DNA from: Lepidodermella squamata
Lineage: Eukaryota > Animalia > Gastrotricha
DNA: 64,000 nt
Direction of reading: 5' to 3'
NCBI GenBank assembly: GCA_047495785.1
Contig: JBLDXI010000058.1
Location: 124,001 to 188,000, forward strand
The translations under genes were made by a program, and so were the position numbers. The number at the start of each line of letters is the position of its first letter. The stretch's first letter is position 1. The notes below the pieces were generated by a model. The model searched no databases and was not told where the DNA came from. It was given only the letters and a program-made list of their open reading frames with translations. Below, one piece after another: positions 53,242 to 64,000 of this stretch.

Positions 53242-55655
53242 TCACAGGTATCGCTGCCGCAATTTCTCGCCCAAAATAACGCCTTTGATAATGCGTCGCC
53301 AGTTCAAGAGAGCTTTCTCAGTTTTTTTCGTCTCCTTGGTGATTTCAAAGGCCTCCTGCTCTTCACGTAACGTTCGCTCCAACTGAGCTCGGTATTTCTC
53401 CATCACGACGATACCGTCCAGGAGAGCGTGACTCATGCCTCCGTGATAGTCCCACCCAATCATTGCTGTGACGTAGTCAATGCCAAGACGACGCGCTATC
53501 ATTTGTATACCGGGAGTAGTAAGATGGCAACAACCAACTGGCAACATCCATGGTTTGAACAGCTGAAATTCAGATCAGTTGAAATGGAATATACTAAGCC
53601 AATGTGAAAAAGTACCTCGTAATTCCCGAATTTATTACGCGGAATTTTATCGTCAACGATAACAGGTGGCTTGAATCGTTCGGTCTGCCACTCGCCGTAA
53701 AGGCCTGATAAGGGCGGGGCTTCGTTTTCCGCCTTCTTCTTTCGGTTCTGGTGCCCACGCACCTCCTTATAAGGCTTTTCGCCCGCCTTAATGCTGCGAC
53801 CTTCCTGGAGCCATTTGCTCTCCGTATGCATTTGCTTAACATTGCTACGAAGAAAAACGTTGACACCGTTGACTTTGGCAACTGGCTCGGTATCTGGAGG
53901 GTACAATGCTTCGTATTTGTGGATGTTCGAAGCCATGACGTAGAGTGGATGACCCATCAACTCGGACTTGCTGGTTGGAACAGGATGGAACTTGGTTGAA
54001 GATAGATACTCCAGCTCTTCAGCCTCTAGTTCGGCCATTCTCTTCACAGGTTTGTATGGTAGCAACATCTGTACAGGATAAAAACCTAATTAATGAGTTG
54101 AATAAAAATGAGCAACTGCTTACCTGCTTTAGCCAAGGTTCGATTTCAGTCGGATGACGCTCCAAGCGGGTTGCTGTATGTAGACTATGCAAAGCATAGC
54201 GCGGCGTAACGTCAGAGATGCGGCTTTCAGCGTCAAACGCGAAAACATAGGCAATGGTAAATGATTGCTTGCTTGATCTGGACGTGAAATTCAACATATT
54301 TTCCATTTCGTCAGGCTTGCGAACAGCTAACGAGTAAGGATCGACATCTGTAAACAAACAATTCATGTAATGATGAAATATTATCATGAAAGACAGTACA
54401 AACATAGCCATTTCTCTTCATTCGAGTCGAAAACTTCCGGCCAAACATCGAAACATTCAGTCGAGTCCAGCTCAAATGGAACGATTTTCATATAGTCGAG
54501 AGCGTCGTCATTTTCTGCTGTCGACTTTTTCTTCTTCCCCGTCCCTTCAGTTTTCTTGTTTTCGTATGAGCCCGATTCCAAAATCTTCGGTGTGTAATGA
54601 ATCAAAATGCGGCAAGGAATTCCTAGCACCCTGAAAACTGAAACAAGTCCCTGTGAGAGCAACAACTGTTTACAAATGACGAATAATGACATGAGAGCTT
54701 GCCTGGATAAATCTCGCCTTGGACATCGCAATTTTATTCGCGAAAAGATCCAAAATCGACTCCGGCTTCTTCGCATCAGTAGATGCCGCAAACTCAACTT
54801 TGAACGTTTTGCGATACCACTTCAAAATTTGGTCGATGCGCGAACGCGCTGAGTTCTTGCTGCGCTTTTGAGTGGGATCAATGAATTCGCGCGGTAATAC
54901 AGACAATGCCGCTGCTCTGATGTAGAAGTAGTCGCAAGATCGGCTAAGGAAGAGCCCGCGGCCCAGGCAGCAAGTCAAGTGCAGCTTGTTTTCAAAATAA
55001 CATGAGGCATTTCACAAAAGGCCAAACAAGGTGAAGCTAACCTTCCGAATTGAAAGGGCTTGGTTCTTTTGAAAGCGTTTCCACAGCAACTGCACATAAC
55101 GATGAATGTCCTTATCTAAATCATCTCGCCTTGAGGAGTGCCTTGACAACAATGTAACGATATGAAAATGGCAAATTAATGAAACCAGTGACCAACTTTT
55201 GCATCGCTTTGATCGAAACCCCAACAGAAGCATAATTATCAGCAGGTACATCTATCAAGATGAAATGTTTAGTGAAAATAAAATACGACTTCCAATTATT
55301 TACCTTCAAATTCGTCAAATTCAGAATCATTCTCATCTGCAGATTGAACTTTCTTGCGGGAGGCTTTTCTCTTCCCACTTGGTTTGGGGCTGGTCGGTGC
55401 TGGCTTTTTGTATTCAGTGCTCAACAACAATTCCTTTATATCGACTGGTTCCGCTGAGTCCTCGGCCAATTCAGGCTTGATTTCAGCTGGAGAAGCAGCT
55501 CGTTTACGAGTTGAACCTTTGGTGCTCTTGCGTTCAGGTTTTGACCTGACGTTTCCGCTTTCAGCTTTAAGCATAGCTTCAACGTCTGGCGAAGACGCCT
55601 CATCGTGGACCTCGGGTTCTGCTTTTTCCGGTTTTGCTCGCTTTCTCGGGGGCAT
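53242..55655 (-). CDS. XPC: DNA repair protein XPC/Rad4
   Basis: Multi-exon. HLTCCLGRG, DVTPRYA, HPLYV, LYGEWQT, IPRNKFGN, MLPVGCCHL, ARRLGIDYVTAMIGWDYHGG. Confidence 0.9.
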
Positions 55656-55844
55656 TAGAAGAAATATTCAACAATATAAAGTACCTATTAATAAATTAGC
55701 TCAATGAATGAAAGTCGTAAAAAAATAAATGAGCGTAGCAACCACGGAAGAATATAAATTCCATATCAGAAATCCATAATCTCTTGCATATCATTCGATA
55801 TGCATCTTTTGCGTGTCCTGACTGCACGCATGGGCGTAATTCGC

Positions 55845-56440
55845 GAGCACTCATTGAGTCAGCGAGGATAAAATTGCGGCCTTGTGTAATACTATCCGAC
55901 TGAGTGGCCGGAGGTGCGACTTGCTCGAGGTCCGCGGCGGCGGAAGGATGGATGGATGTTAGACCCTACCACCAATTTTGGTGAATTTACAGGTCTCGGG
56001 TTGATACCGCAGAAAAACCTGTCAATTTCGTGCTTGGCGCTTAGATAGCACAACAGCATAGACAATTCAATTGTTAACATTTCAAATAGAGCTATTCTAT
56101 CTGGTCCACTAGGAATCCTGCTCGATAAAGAAATGCTTGCTTAGCGACAAGAATCGAGCTTGTCAGCTTGCGAATATAGGATATAGGAGTCGGGCTGACT
56201 CTAAACCTTCGTGCCACGGATGATAGTCGGACGCAGTCGCAAGACCGAACCCTCGAGTGGCATAGAGGCACTAGAGACTAACTTGTTTTCGAATAAGTAC
56301 TGAAGTGCCTTCTTTTAGCCAGAGACGAGATACCAGAATGAGCGTCAGGTGGCAACGTAGCCCGTCGGCTGGATATGAGTACTTCATCATCGGCGCACGG
56401 ATGGCGTTGTCTTGAGCCCTCTGCCAACTGCCAACAGCTT
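55845..56440 (+). ncRNA. Candidate structured non-coding RNA, unidentified
   Basis: GC-rich island without a credible ORF. Many hairpins with G-U pairs and UUCG/GCAA loops that favour the + strand. Confidence 0.4.
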
Positions 56441-57153
56441 CTTAAAGGTGGCTTAAAGTTGCCGCAAGGGGTAAAAAAAGGTTCCAAAGGTTCAAAGCTC
56501 CCAGGGCTCCAAAGCAAACTGCGCGCCCTTTCGATCGATTCAAAATTCAAATGAAAATTATACAAATCCCATAATATTTTGTGAACTAATTTAAAATTTT
56601 GGGTAACAGTATAAAACATTACTAAGTTGAAAAAAAATTGTGGCGCGGTAATTTTGAATGAACGCTTCCTCTTTTGGCGCCGCTTTGGCTGATGCCTGAT
56701 GGCCTCGATTTTTTTATTTCCAACTTCTGGCACGGATGCGCCCTCGGTTATCGGTTATTGTTTAAGAGCGTAGACTTGGGCGGCCATATTCATTCGCTGC
56801 TATGAATCACTGCCAAAATGGCATTACATTTCTATCTTCCGCCAACAAGCAACAAGTATTTGATTGTAAAATGTGTTTTTTTCATGCTAACCCATTCTAC
56901 ACTTTGAATAACATTTGAATGCAGCCAAGTGCCGTATCTTGAATGTCAAAGTTTGCGGATATACAGAGTGTAAATCGGTGTTATCAATTTGAATACGCTC
57001 AGCCCATTAAATTAATGTTGGTAGTTGGAGAACAGAATATGGAACAGGTTGCATTGCTTCAATTCTCAAATTAGAATTCAATCATTAGCGCGCGTAACAT
57101 GAAATTTTTAATGTTCGTTGTCTTCAAGATATCATCTCTTATCTTGTGAAATA

Positions 57154-58081
57154 ATGCCTGAAGCGAAAGGAGATGACAACGCCAAAGTCAAGTTGGCTAA
57201 AATTTGCACAGAAATGACGGATACCATCGTTCGTGAAGCTGCAGATTTGGCTGGTGAATTGCTATTAATTAACGCCAGAATTCGCGTGTTCAATGAAAAA
57301 CGAGCCGATACCAGCGTTCGACTTGTGAACAGTAAGTTAACACTTTTCTTTTTGACAACCTTTTATTTTTGCCTTAATACCAGAGAAACTCCCTATAATC
57401 GCTGATAAATACGGCGTTCTCGCCCAAGAAACCGAAAAGCGCCAGGAGCGTATGTATCTCAAGTTTTGCGTATTAGATCGGAAATGACTTGCGATTTCCA
57501 GATTTCCAAGATCTTCGAAGCCAGCTTCATTGTCTTAGAGATGAGTCCAAAAAGCGTCGGGACGATTTGGCCAAACTCCGGTCTTTGTTCACATCCTTGG
57601 AGAAAATGCTACTGGAGCGCAGAAGTCAATGTGATCTCATTGAGGATGTTATAGAAGAATCAATTCCCAAGAAGGAGCGTGAAATAAATGCGATGGTAGA
57701 AATGAACCAGATCATCGCTTCGCAAGTTGGCTGCTCCATTTATCCGCATAAAGGTATCACGCTTTTCTTGAGTTATCTTCAATTTTCATCGCCTATATCT
57801 TTCTTTAGATGGAATTCGACTTGTGCTTTCATCCGGTGGAACCTATATCATCACACCAGAGTCAAGTGAGTCATAGCTGTCTGCTGTCATATCTCTATTT
57901 AAAAATGTTTTTTAAAACTTTAGTTTACGACTCCTCATCCATGCAGGAAGTTACCGCCAACTGGCAAACTGAGTTTTTCCAACAACCCATTGGCGCAAAG
58001 CCAACTTTGCTCCAATTCGACGCTCTTTGTAAGAAACTGCGGGAGTTCGACATCGATAAGAACACACACAGTGCTCATTAA
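57154..58081 (+). CDS. Small coiled-coil protein with a C-terminal globular region (possibly Spc24/Spc25-like)
   Basis: About five short exons separated by ~50-60 nt introns. Heptad-like region followed by VGCSIYPHKDGIRLVLS. Confidence 0.55.
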
Positions 58082-59504
58082 TTCATTCGTGAATGGCATT
58101 TTGTTACCAATAAAATCTACTTGCATACTTTCCCAGTCGTTCCAAAATCACTGTTCACTGTTCAGTCTCTCTCGGGATGACATCGCCGTCTTAAGTGATC
58201 AGCTGCTTTTATCGTTTCGTCTTTGAGCCAATAATGTGGTCCAATCACATTTTAATCTGATCCATTCCAATTGTGGATCCATACTTATAGAATTGAGACG
58301 AGTTCCTAAATTTTGAAACGTAGCTGACGAGAAAGTGTTGAGTGTTTGAGGGTAGGCAGTATCTCTCTAGTACCTAGTGATGTCCGTAGTCAGCGGACTA
58401 AGATGGAAAATACTAAAAATTCTGAGTGCATTTCCACTGCTCACTTCCGATTTCGAAACTGGTTCAAGTCGAGATTCCTCCACGCTGTCGAACAATTTTG
58501 GAGGCACACGTTTGTCGCGATGAAAAATGATGAAAAAACCAGCGCGCAAAGCTTTTTAAGGTGATTTTAGAGCATTATTTGATAAAGAAAATCACTCGCA
58601 GTTACGTAGGTATTGCCTCTTCACAGATCGAATTTTTTGTGATGAATCCCGTTTCACCAGAACACTCGAATTTCGAAACGCTGCTGTTTCAGCTTAATTT
58701 GAAGCTGAGAAAAGTTGGCAAAAAAGACAGCAGTATTAAGTAAAAGTTAGCTTTATTATTACTTGTAGTATTTATTACATGCAGCCATAACAAATAGCGC
58801 AAGCCTCGCAACTTTTATAGAATCATATTTTATAGATGAAATATTAGATTTATAACATAGCACTTAACTTTTCAGTGGTTATATGAGACAAAAAGATGAG
58901 GGCCAATCGGGCAAACTAGCAAAATCGATTCTCGATTGGAACATTTCACACGCAACAGCGAATCAAGTATCGTTTGCAATCGAAGCACTAGGGACTTCTG
59001 AGTTGTGTGTGTTTAACGCATGTTGTTCATGTTTGACACACAGGACATCAACAACATATTGCAGTAAATAGACGAATTATGCAAAAAATAAAATGACAAC
59101 CGATGATCCCGTCATCACCCTTTACGCACCTAGGTACGTATGACATATGCACATTTAGAAGATTTCGTTACACGCCGAGTAGGAAAAATCGGTGTATATA
59201 TATGTACAAGAGGGGAAGTCGCGGCGGCGTTAGGTAAGAAAAATGACAGAAAATGAATAAACATATAGATAGCTTCTGTTGATAGCGTTTTTGTAAGAAT
59301 AAGAATATTGACAAAGGCAGCCAAAGGCCCAGTAAATACCTTGCGCAGATGGCTGCGCTATTGTGAAAAGGCAACAACAAACAATATGAAAACAAGAAAC
59401 AAGTACTCTTCGAATCGTCTGACTGCGTTCACTCACCAAATAATTCATCATAAATGTAACAAAAAGATCACTGATCATCAGCAAAATAGTCGATAAAGGC
59501 ATGC

Positions 59505-62500
59505 TCATTGCGCAGGCGGTGGTGGGGGCTGACAGGCAGCGCGACCGGCTGAGTACGAGGGGGAATGAGCCGCCGATGAAACATCATCGTTCGAGGCCGA
59601 AGAGATTGTTGTGTTGGTCGTCAGTGTGGCTGTCAGCGCGTTGTGAACCATCGCCTGCTGCTGTGCAGACTCATCAGACACCTCCATAGGCTTGCTGCTT
59701 TCGCTATTGACTAGATTTCTCGCGGGATATTGCGAGGCATCGACGTGCGTTGTCGAGCCCGAAGAAACAGTAAACTCTGTTCGAAAAAATGAATGATTAT
59801 TTCGACTTAGCTAATTAAGCCTCCGGTAAACATACCAGCAGCGTCATTGCTGTCATCGACTACTTCACTCGAATCGTCTCCGACTTTTATCACCTCTTCC
59901 AACCAACTGTCAACCCGTTGCAATTTGGCCATTCGTTCCGCCTTTGTTGGAATGATTATGCGAAGGTCAGAACCCGGCAGTTGATTGTGACGATGCTGCC
60001 GGCGACGAGAATTAGGCCGGAGATTTCCTTTCGCGGCTGAGTTGCTGCGATTGGCAGAAATTTCCCCCATAGGAGCTGTCCCACTATCTTTCACGGCCAC
60101 CGACCGGTAACCGGATAGGTGAAGGTCAGAGGGCAGCGGAGTGACGAGAATGTCATCGTGGTCAATATCGACGTCGAGCAGCACTGCACTGTCGACAATT
60201 CTCTCGCTCGGAGTCGTGCACGAAGGTGCGGCCGCCGGCTCGCCTGTCAGAGATACGGCAGACGTAGTTGCTTCAGTCGCCTCTTGTCGAAACGCCAGTT
60301 CCATCGGAGTTTCTAAGCGGCATAAATTTCAACTACATCTCATCATTTAAGGGCGGAAGAAACTAACCTGTCGCCGTCGAAAGCTGAGCAGAGGTATTGG
60401 CAACTTCAAGGGGTTCGCGAATGCGCTGTTTGTACTCTTTCAGCGAGACTTTCCGCTTTGTTGGAGGCTCTACGATGGCGGGTTGAGCAACCTCCATCAC
60501 AGGAGGAACGGGTGGCACGGGAATGCAAAAAGCGGTCTGGGTAACATCTGGCTTGCTTTCAGCAACCGACGCCTCAACTCCCAATTCCATTGACTCAGAT
60601 TTCAAGTCGCTGCTAAAAGCATTAACAGCTTGTGAGCTCTCCGCTGCGGGTGTTGCATCGGCTTGCACAGGCGGAGGCGACTTGACGACTCGAAGACTGT
60701 CAGGAATTTGCAGCACTTTGAATTCGCTCGCAGGAGATACGATAGCCGGCGCCGGCTCAACGACGGGCGTTGATGTGGATTCGGTGCGGGCATACCGTTT
60801 TTTCAGAGGGGCTAACACAGGTTCAGGGGAGCCGGGAGGCGAGGCAACCGGTGCGGTATCAGCAGTGCGAGAGTCTAATCCCATTGATGGATAAGCACCC
60901 TTGAAGGAGTTACACAAAGGATCCGGTGAGAAACCATCGGGAACTCGCGAATTAAAATTCTGGGAGCAGTCGAATGCAGAAGGATGAGAAAAATTGGGAT
61001 TCACCGACAGTTGAGGACCAGTCACGATTTTCGAAGATTCCTCCAATTCAGATGGCACAAGCCACCTCTTTTTACCGGTCCCCGACAAACTACCTGTTGC
61101 TGAATTATGAAGTTGCTCATCATGGAGAGCCGTTAACTTGGTTTGTTTCGACTTATTGCGGAATCTCGAATTCGCGGGGGTCGTGGCTTCGACACTTACA
61201 GAAGATATTGTGGATGAAGAATCGGAATTTATCACGTCTTCGACTTTGCTCTGAGACTTTCGGCTTTTGATTTTGTTCTGGATTTTACGAACGGCATTTT
61301 GGCTGCGCTTCTTGAGCATTTTAGCCAAACCCGCACGGGGCTACATAAGACGTATATATCAAAAGTATTTCATATAAAATTCACCATACCTTTTCAGGAG
61401 TTTTCTGCTTTCCCTTGTTAGTTTGTAAAGCATGCCGTTTGGCAGATTTCGACGCAGGTTTAGGTTTAGCAACCGAAGTAGGAGAATTCATTTTCTGTGT
61501 ATCATTCCGCTTTTCCGTCGAATCATCAGATGTTGGTACATGGTCCGTTTTTTCGCGGCTGCGCTTCTCCATCTCTTCAAACTGCCGAAGTATTGCCATC
61601 AGCTTACGTTCCTTTTAATAATAAGCTCGCTATGGCATCATTCATAAAATTATTTAATGAAGTTACCTCACGACTGATCGCACTCGATAAACCGTCCGCA
61701 TTACCAGGCGACATATCACCGACCAGCGAAGCAACAGGTTGTACTATAGATTCAAGCTTTGAACTTGGTCGATTAGGTGGAATTGCTACTGAATTTGCGC
61801 TTTGCTTGAGAGACGGCCGTTTTTTCTCAATCACAGGAGCAGGTTTTCTCTCAACTTCTTTTTCGATCGTCTTCTCAGTCTTTCTCACAACCTCCTTCTT
61901 CTGAGCTGATTTCACTAAAACAAATACGATCAACTAAAACTTGTTTTCCAAAAGAGAATATTGATTACTTACCAGCACCACGTTTGACTTTTCGCTCTTG
62001 TATTGAGAAGGCACGGGACCGATTAACGTCGCGAGGCTCGCAAATCTCGCAGTAAAAACTCTTCTTCATGTTTTCCTTCGATAAGGCAAAGCACACAACA
62101 TGCTGCCAAGCAGTGCAGCATTCACATTGGATCATGAAACCATCATCATGTAAAAATCCGCAGATACAACGAGTGCCGCCAACTTTCGGCTTCTCGACGC
62201 CGCTGCTTTGATCGTAATGCAGGCAAGCATTGTGAGAAGCGAGTTCTTTCTGTTTCTTGGTGAGTTTAAGAGCTGGTTTATCGGCTACAGCAAGCCGCTG
62301 AGGTTGTGTTGGAGGCACTTGAGCTGCTGTTTGCCGTTCAGGACTTAACTGATGAACAGGTATGGAAGAGACGGGCGGGTCGATCGCTTTGACTGAATGA
62401 GCTATTATTGGTACAATAAGCTTCGGAAGATCGTCATTATCAGGCATAGGAAGAGGGGTGGTTGAGATTGTCGGTGATAGAAATGGCATTGGAGCACCAT

Positions 62501-62999
62501 AATTGTGGTCCTGATAAATGACACCGCAAAAGGAATTCACTTCCCGACTTTCCATGCGCGAAGCTGAAAGGGAGCGATGGGTTACGATAGAGTTGTTGGG
62601 GACGATTCCAGGACTCGATGATGTTAAAACATCTTGACGATCAAAAGCTAACAAACATAAGCTTTATCAAATCAGGCGAATTATATAACAATGGTCTTAC
62701 TCTGATTGAGATTTAATTCGTTCTTGAATGTCAGCATTGATGAGCCAATAGCACTGGCTGGAAGCATATTCACCATAGATGATGACTGATCAGAAGAATT
62801 TCCAACTTCGTCCGCATTGGATGGTGCAAGCAGCGAAACCCTAGAATAAGGCTCTTTATAACTAAAAACCATTTATTACAACTAAAGCTTACTCAAATGA
62901 TGGAATTCTCTGTTCAAACGGAGCCGCAAATTTGACATCGTCGACATTGTCAATCGAGGATGGCAGTGAAGAAATTTGCTTATGCAATACTATACTCAT
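59505..62999 (-). CDS. KMT2E (MLL5)/SETD5/UpSET-family PHD protein lacking a SET domain
   Basis: MSIV start, YQDHNYGAP, PHD TRCICGFLHDDGFMIQCECCTAWQHVVC...FYCEICEPR, RERKLMAILRQFEEMEKR, KKRWL, KRKVSLKEYKQR. Confidence 0.85.
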
Positions 63000-64000
63000 G
63001 GCTTTATGGGATGATGAGTGCATACAAATTTAAGCAAATTGGAAAACACATGTCAAAAATAGCCTAGATTGAAGATTGAAACAATTTGAATGAAAAGGAA
63101 TCAATGCATCAAAAACAAAGGACAGGGTCCGTAGAGCTAAATTGGCTTGCTCCAGCTCCACAGGCGCGTAGACGAGAAGTAAGTCTACAATCAAGTTACT
63201 ATCAAGTTACAATCAAGTAAACAAAATATCAAGCGTGTATAAGCTTGGATATACTTCGCTCAACAACAGGAGAGAGGAGATGACCAATTCTGAGTAGATA
63301 ATTAAGGCAAACAAACGACGTTTACATTAATGAAGAAAAACGAAATGAATCGCAAATCGCACGTCGAATCTAAGCGAATCACCACGCCCTTGCTTTCGCT
63401 TTTCGCTCCAGAAGGAGGAAGGAGCAGTCAGATGGATGTATCATGATACCTGTGGAGCTGTCATATGCAGTGATGTTGTCCGTTCTTTATAGCTGAAACT
63501 TGAAGAAGTCTCGTGCAAGGGCTCGGCGCTTCGAGGATGGCTTCAAACCGTTTTCTCCATCGTCAGGTCTCAGGATTTGTTGAAAGCAAAAAAAAGCAAA
63601 AAAATGTTGATTGCAGTTTTTCACAAAAATAAGTTGTCACATAGTGGACTATAAGAATAGCGCAGTATGCAAATAATTATTGCATTTCTAAAAAAATTCA
63701 AATTTATGAAAGCGCGCGCATCAGGTCGCGCGAATGCGATCTCCCTAGCGTCAGCGCAGCCTTCGAAGAGAGCGTCGATTTGTGATGTCCATTTCCCATC
63801 CTCAGCAAAGTCATTACTTCAAGCAATACAGCCCTTCAGTTGATTTCAAAACTGCGGTGGTTTTGCTGAATGGACAAGCCGTGTCGAGTGAAGCCTACCT
63901 TAATTTTATTACTCGTCAAACCGTTTGGTTCGGCGTGACTGATGGAGCCGCTAATTGGGCGTTTAAACATAAGCTTGAATATAAAAGTAGAAGTGGTTTT

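Noticed and set aside
55865-56385. Group I intron-like words (AAATTGCGG, AGAGACTA, GATAGTC)
   Set aside because: The P7 partner TAGTC lies upstream of GACTA, the wrong order, and no host gene is interrupted.

Overview
Gene-dense eukaryotic DNA from a compact animal genome, probably bilaterian (Twist with WR motif, centrin, KMT2E-like gene), with mostly 50-60 nt AT-rich GT-AG introns. I cannot name the taxon. Recognisable genes: a RING-less TRIM-NHL, two inverted EF1-beta paralogues (one with a decayed antisense non-LTR retrotransposon in intron 2), ABITRAM, PSMA6, a GALNT, an M-Ras-like GTPase, centrin, COG3, ABHD16A, citrate synthase, twist, ARMT1, XPC and a KMT2E/UpSET-like gene, plus several orphan genes. 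Most notable: (1) a spliced, secreted precursor at 45761-46607 with tandem KR-flanked AK[F/Y][I/L]D[F/V]x peptides, a candidate new neuropeptide family not visible in the ORF track; (2) three tandem intronless, bacterial/giant-virus-like DnaQ (DEDDh) exonucleases, one with altered catalytic residues; (3) a ~600 nt highly structured non-coding island; (4) a Ras with Glu at the Q61-equivalent site; (5) a KMT2E-like gene with no SET domain; (6) a possible cassette exon splitting the Twist basic region. All exon boundaries and family calls were made by eye, without database searches.
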